Shown in pieces: positions 57,989 through 64,000 of a stretch of DNA of 64,000 nucleotides. The stretch comes from Octopus vulgaris (taxonomy: Eukaryota): the NCBI GenBank assembly GCA_951406725.2, contig OX597831.1, forward strand, positions 66,526,001 to 66,590,000, given 5' to 3'. The translations under genes and the position numbers were made by a program. Positions within the stretch are counted from its first letter, which is position 1. Each line of letters begins with the position of its first letter. The notes below the pieces were generated by a model that saw only the letters and a list, made by a program, of their open reading frames with translations, was not told the DNA's origin and did no database searches.

Positions 57989-59225
57989 TTTTTGCTGGAA
58001 AACGCATACAGACTCAAAGGCTAACTGGTACTATTCTTGAAGAAGATGTTAAAGTAACTGAAGGTTGTGACTCTAACTTGGAGAAAACTGAGGCTAAATT
58101 GTCTGAATCATCTGAGGATAGCATTTCTGTATTTTCGCCAAAATTTGACCTTTTGCTATCATGCCATAATCAAGAGAAACCAGATTCCAATTTAACTGAT
58201 ATTAAAAGGACCAAGTCTTGTGACAATTCACACTTGGTTGACAGAAACTTGTTCCTTAAAACAGCCAAGAAAGAATCGGCTGTTGCTAAATATGTTGATA
58301 ATGATGATGATGAATTTATTGTTCCAGATAGCAGTGCTATCACAGGGGTTGAAAAACCAAAGAGCATAAACTCTCATCAAAACAAAACACATCTGCAAAC
58401 CCCAAAGACAATATTATCTGACTCGCTTTTACCTTGTGGCCAAGCAAATATTTCTACTGCTTCACTGGGTCAGCCTAGTGTTGGTTGTACACTGGATAAT
58501 ACAATTGAAACGATAAGCCCTCACCAATGTGATATACCCGTAAGTGAATCTCTGAAACATTGCTCTACCAATAATGAACAGCCAGAAGGAGATACTAGTC
58601 TAACAGAAATTAATAATCGCTTCAACATTTTAGATACTTTCTCAGTTCTTAGCCAGAAGAAAAAAGCAAATTTATTGTCATTAAGACGAAACGAGTCTGT
58701 ACAGGAATTCCTTCATTCCAATAGTGACTGTTCCAAGTTTGTTGCTTGTAGTAATGACTCTTGTAATGCAGCAGAGTATGGCAAGATAACATCATCAGAG
58801 TTAAAATACAAACCCGTCTTGAATGCCGATGATAAGAACAAAAATGGTAATCCAGTTCAGTATAACCACTGTTTATCAAAAGATGTGCTGGAACATTTAC
58901 CCAAAGATCAATTGATATCTTGTCAAAGTACGATTGCAGGCATACCAGACCAATACCAAAGCTCACCACAAAGTAGTAAACACAAACTAGTCCAGGAATG
59001 CTTTCAAAGCCAAATGCCACTTGAACATTCTACGCTTGACAACCCACTTCCAGTCCAGCGCCAATTAGATTTCCTCAAAGATACTCCAAAATTATTTGAA
59101 AAGAGTCCTCAACAATTGACTGAAAATTCACAGTTGAAGGAAATGAATACACGGACCCCAAAAGACGCTAATCCTGAAGATTCAAGACCTGTAAAAGAAG
59201 GATGTTTATCAAGGGAAGAGAACAT
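57989..59225 (+). CDS. TTK: TTK exon E, copy 3
   Basis: ORF 57979-59229; phase-2 end joins exon F in frame. Confidence 0.78.
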
Positions 59226-59506
59226 GTAAGTCTTTGCAAATTTAAATTGCAGGATCTGGGAAATAAAATAGAGTAGGATGTATTTTCAGAGACCATTGTA
59301 CAAGAGGCTGTAAGAAAAAAAGTTAGTGGTTATAATCTGTTCGTCTTTGCTTGTCTTGGATGTTTGTGTGTGGTTCACAGTTGACTTTTGTGTAGGATCA
59401 GCTGCTATTCATAATGTTCTGACCCTGAACCAGTAGTCTAGCTTTTTTGGTACTATTTTAACAATGATATATATATGTCATATATATGTGACATATATAT
59501 ATGTCG

Positions 59507-59703
59507 GCGGCACGTAAAAAGCACCGACTACACTCACGGAGTGGTTGGCATTAGGAAGGGCATCCAGCTGTAGAAACACTGCCAGATCAGACTGGGCCTG
59601 GTGCAGCCTTCAGGCTTCCCAGACCCCAGTTGAACCGTCCAACCCATGCTAGCATGGAAAGCGGACGTTAAACAACGATGACGATGATGATGATGATGAT
59701 GAT
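59507..59703 (+). mobile_element. RTE 3' end with (GAT)n tail
   Basis: acccatgctagcatggaaagcggacgttaaac + gat repeats. Confidence 0.8.
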
Positions 59704-59801
59704 TTAAAAATCGCACTGTTATGTAGCAGATTGTAGCTTTTATTTATTGATGACTTATTTGGAGGAGCTTGTTTCTTTTATTGTGTTGTTATGTCTTTCA
59801 G

Positions 59802-59883
59802 TCCTGCTAGTATCGATGCAGTCATCACTCCGCAGGTAAAGGATACTGCTCCCTCTGCAACGAATCTTGTACAGTTAGAGAAG
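59802..59883 (+). CDS. TTK: TTK exon F (PASIDAVITPQVKDTAPSATNLVQLEK)
   Basis: ctttcag| and |gtaggt; phase 2-0 links exon E to the kinase exon. Confidence 0.75.
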
Positions 59884-59996
59884 GTAGGTACTTTGGTTTT
59901 GTTATCAGTCACACCTCCTCTGGCATTCTGTGTGTTTGTAATCTGTGATATATCCATCCACTTGATATAGTAACATAACCTATTTTAATATTTCAG

Positions 59997-60071
59997 AAAC
60001 TACGTTCTTTAATGGTCAACAATAAAGTGTACACAGTTGTAAAGAAGGTTGGCAAAGGTGGAAGCAGTACA
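59997..60071 (+). CDS. TTK: TTK kinase exon with Gly-rich loop (KLRSLMVNNKVYTVVKKVGKGGSST)
   Basis: tttcag| and |gtaagt; GxGGSS loop is characteristic of MPS1/TTK. Confidence 0.92.
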
Positions 60072-60394
60072 GTAAGTACTTATTTATTTTATCTATGTGT
60101 GCTCAGGTGTGGCTTTATGGTTAAGAAGCTTGTTTCCTAACTGTGTGGTCTGAGGCTTAGCCTCATTGTACAGCACTTTATACAAGTGTCTTATAATATA
60201 GTGTGTGCATGTGCTCTTCTCTTCGCATCATATGATGATTGGGATCTTTCCGGTTTGAATGGCAGTTTTTTAACATAATTTCCAGGTAACTAAAAAATTT
60301 TAAACTTCGTATACTGGTAGAATGTGTTTATAAAACATTTTTTCTCTTAGCTTTATTGAGAAAATGTTATAGTTTGTAAGATATTTCCTGTCAT

Positions 60395-60566
60395 CAACCG
60401 ATGCTGGTGTGTTTACGTCCCTGTCACTTAGTTGTTCGGCAAAAGAGACCGATAGAATAAGTACTAGGCTTACACAGAATAAGTCCTGGGGTCGATTTGC
60501 TCGACTAAAGGCGGTGCTTCAGCATGGCCACAATCAAATGACTGAAACAAATAAAAGAGTAAAGAG
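60395..60566 (+). mobile_element. OR2-like SINE 3' half, preceded by a partial MITE (60241-60386)
   Basis: Sequence identity to other copies. Confidence 0.75.
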
Positions 60567-60882
60567 TATATGTCTGGTCCATCTGAGTATTCGCTTTTTA
60601 TCTACTGTAATTACAATAACCCTTACTTTTCTGAACCTGCTAAAAGTGCTGACAGTTTGCAAGTTATAAGAATAAGTCACATACTAAACAATATGGATTT
60701 TATTCCTACATTCCAGAATTAAATTTACTCTGAAACTTTCTCAACTTAAAATTGATAATCAGGGCCTTGTTGATGAAATCATAAAAGAAAACATTTTTTT
60801 TGTCGGAATTTAAAAGGAGAAAAGTCAACTGAATTTCTATCAGTTTTTGTAATATTCATCTTATCCATCTCAACCCCCACAG

Positions 60883-61037
60883 GTGTATGAAGTATTTGAC
60901 CAGAGTGGAAATAGAATGGCAGTTAAGTGCATTACTTTTGGTGACGCTCACGCAGTTACCATAGGGAGCTACAAAAAGGAGGTGATCCTTCTGAAGCAGT
61001 TGCAGTACAGTGACCGAATCATCAAACTCTATGATTA
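60883..61037 (+). CDS. TTK: TTK kinase exon (VYEVFDQSGNRMAVKCITFGDAHAVTIGSYKKEVILLKQLQYSDRIIKLYD); later kinase exons are not seen in the window
   Basis: cacag| and |gtaagt; AVK lysine, alphaC Glu, SDRIIKLYD resembles human HSDKIIRLYDY. Confidence 0.92.
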
Positions 61038-61107
61038 GTAAGTGATATATTCTACCGCTGCTGTGTCTTGATTGCGTAGTACATTGATATAAATGATATA
61101 ACACACA

Positions 61108-61340
61108 AAGACGGCAAGCTGGCAGAAATGTTAGCACGCCGGGCGAAATGCTTGGCAGCATTTCGTCTGCAGTTACGTTCTGAGTTCAAATTCCGCCGAG
61201 GTCGATTTTGCCTTTCATCCTTTCGGGGTTGATAAATTAAGTACCAGTTACGCACTGGGGTCGATGTAATCGACTTAATCCGTTTGTCTGTCCTTGTTTG
61301 TCCCCTCTATGTTTAGCCCCTTGTGTGGGTAATAAAGAAA
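61108..61340 (+). mobile_element. OR1-like SINE
   Basis: ggcaagctggcagaaatgttagcacgccgggcgaaatgc head. Confidence 0.78.
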
Positions 61341-61516
61341 CATATATTGTTGAGTGATATATTAAATCTATAGATACTATATTAATTATATAGTTAGTTT
61401 ATATAATGGGTGTGTGTATATTTGAACCATTTCATATTTTTGATTCTAGTATTTATGGCTTGTACTAGCATTGTGTATATTAATTAACATTAAGGTTTTT
61501 AGTATTAATTGCTTAA

Positions 61517-63145
61517 CCCTTTCGTTACTATATTTCTGACCAAAATACACCCCTTATGTGTTTCAATTAATTTCTAACGTAATCATAAATTTAGTCTGGT
61601 TTCATTAAACAACTATAACTTTTTTAGTTATCAATATATTAATCTGATTTTTGGAAGATAATTTAATGAAATATTCTCAACCAATTCTATACGTAATGGG
61701 GTGGTGGTGGGGGACATTTTTTGGGTAAGCAGGGCACAAACTGTCTTTCTTAGGGGAGTGGTCAAAAGAATCAATGATAAAGTAAATAAATGAATAAATA
61801 GAATAATTGAATAGAGTTTTAGGTAAATTAGAAGACTATCGCTTTTAGTCAGTTTGTTGTTGTTGTTATTAAGTTGAGGGAAGAAGTAGATATGTATACA
61901 TAAAAGAACATATAAAATAAATATACATACAAACCCAGATACATACACATGCGAATATCCATACACATACATATACATATGCCCATGTATATACATACAG
62001 AAACAGTTTTTAAATTTTCACTCCATTCAGGTGCCAATTCGTTTTCTTTATCGCTGTTGGAGCTCTCGAATTCACTGTTTTCACTTTCAGAAAATGAAAC
62101 ATCAGATTCATTATCAAATACCATGTGCTTTTTTTTTTCAGTCATAGAGTTAGATTTATGAAGGTCTTCAGTAGAAAATCCTTCGTATTCTGACTCGCTG
62201 CTTGATATAATGAAATTCGTATCCATTTTTTGTCAGAATTTTTGTCACAAAGTGACTCTAATTGCAGGTAGATACAGGTAAATTCAACAAAATATAAAAT
62301 TATTAAAATTTTGTTCAAACATCGCTATAGAAAATGGGTTATTAGCTATACAACAAAATTGGGTATACAACAAAATTTTACGATAGAATTTGTTATTCTG
62401 GGTAACTTTCTGATACCCATAATAATATTCACGGCAAAATAGTCTTAATTTCATATAAGGTTATGGGAAACCACAAACTATCGTTTCTTTCGCTTTGTTT
62501 AAGTTTAGCGTAGCGGTTCGTTTCCGCCGTAATGATTTCAAATAGGCTCATTCGAAAAAGTAAAAAGAAATAGTCTAAGGCTTTACTCTTCTGGGAAAGT
62601 CTGTGGCTTGGTCCAGTTTCTTCAGAAAAATCACCAAAAGAAACAGTTTTTAAATTTTCACTCCATTCAGGTGCCAATTCGTTTTCTTTATCGCTGTTGG
62701 AGCTCTCGAATTCACTGTTTTCACTTTCGGAAAATGAAACATCAGATTCATTATCAAATACCATGTGCTTTTTTTTTTCAGTCATAGAGTTAGATTTATG
62801 AAGGTCTTCAGTAGAAAATCCTTCGAATTCTGACTCGCTGCTTGATATAATGAAATTCGTATCCATTTTTTGTCAGAATTACAAATTTTGAAAACACAAG
62901 AGGAACAAATTTCGGAAAAAAATCTCTCAAAATTCAGGGAATTAAAATTACACTTCGATTATTGTACAAAACTGTAGTTGAACTGTTTACGAAGTATAAT
63001 ACGTGTTTTCACGAATGTACTAAAGAGATTTGCTCTGATATTCTCATTTAAATATGAATAGGTAAATTCGGGCGGCTTTGGGCGGTTTGGTCACATTAAC
63101 CAAAATTTTTTTCGGACGGCTTTGGGCGGTTTGGTAACGAAAGGG
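61517..63145 (-). mobile_element. Internally deleted piggyBac transposon
   Basis: TTAA|ccctttcgttac ... gtaacgaaaggg|TTAA; ORF 62429-62866 with acidic N-terminus and FFLLF..LFEIITAETNRYA motif; subterminal ggctttgggcggtttggt repeats. Confidence 0.88.
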
Positions 63146-63267
63146 TTAATGGGTATTAGACTCTATTTGGATGTTTATTAAATAAATATATTAATTAATA
63201 ATTGGATTTAATGTATATAGTTTAAAGTGTTGTATTTAGTTTTCATTTAATGTATATTTTGTATCTT

Positions 63268-63430
63268 ATCATCATCATCATCATCGTTTAACGTCCGTTT
63301 TCCATGCTAGCATGGGTTGGACGGTTCAACTGGGGTCTGGGAAGCCAGAAGGCTGCACCAGGCCCAGTCTAATCTGGCAGTGTTTCTACAGCTGGATGCC
63401 CTTCCTAACGCCAACCACTCCGAGAGTGTA
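63268..63430 (-). mobile_element. RTE 3' end fragment
   Basis: (CAT)n + tttaacgtccgttttccatgctagcatggg. Confidence 0.8.
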
Positions 63431-63794
63431 GAGGCAGATGTAATGGGGTGGTGGTGGGGGACATTTTTTGGGTAAGCAGGGCACAAACTGTCTTTCTTAG
63501 GGGAGTGGTCAAAAGAATCAGTGATAAAGTAAATAAATGAATAAATAGAATAATTGAATAGAGTTTTAGGTAAATTAGAAGACTATCGCTTTTAGTCAGT
63601 TTGTTGTTGTTGTTATTAAGTTGAGGGAAGAAGTAGATATGTATACATAAAAGAACATATAAAATAAATATACATACAAACCCAGATACATACACATGCG
63701 AATATCCATACACATACATATACATATGCCCATGTATATACATACAGACACACACATACATACATATAAATACACTAGCACATATATATATATA

Positions 63795-63834
<40 letters not shown>

Positions 63835-64000
63835 CACATACACACACATACATATATATGCATATATATACATACACATATATATATATACAAATACACA
63901 TACACATACATGCAAACACACAAACACACGCACACCTATATCTACACATATATAAATATACACACCCATACACACACACACACATATATATATATATATT

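Overview
AT-rich, repeat-dense eukaryotic DNA; the SINE/RTE repertoire and long (TA)n arrays strongly suggest an Octopus (coleoid cephalopod) genome. There is a 100-N scaffold gap at 25796-25895. The main gene is a + strand TTK/MPS1 spindle-checkpoint kinase: a TPR-end exon at 35575 and kinase N-lobe exons at 59997-61037. A three-exon, frame-preserving module (about 580 aa) of its middle region is tandemly triplicated. Two tiny exons at the left end suggest the start of a - strand gene (ATG | ASDTP). The rest is transposon debris: an RTE LINE and many of its 3' tails, CR1-group LINEs sharing a 3' tail with the dominant SINE, mariner/maT, piggyBac, Helitron, 8-bp-TSD MITEs, and Penelope-like fragments. 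The most notable unannotated signal is a set of minimal type-I hammerhead ribozyme motifs in Penelope-like direct and inverted repeats. They show all three Watson-Crick states of the catalytic 3-8 pair (C3-G8, U3-A8, G3-C8), and include a retrozyme-like 364-nt tandem. All folds and alignments were done by eye and need computational confirmation.
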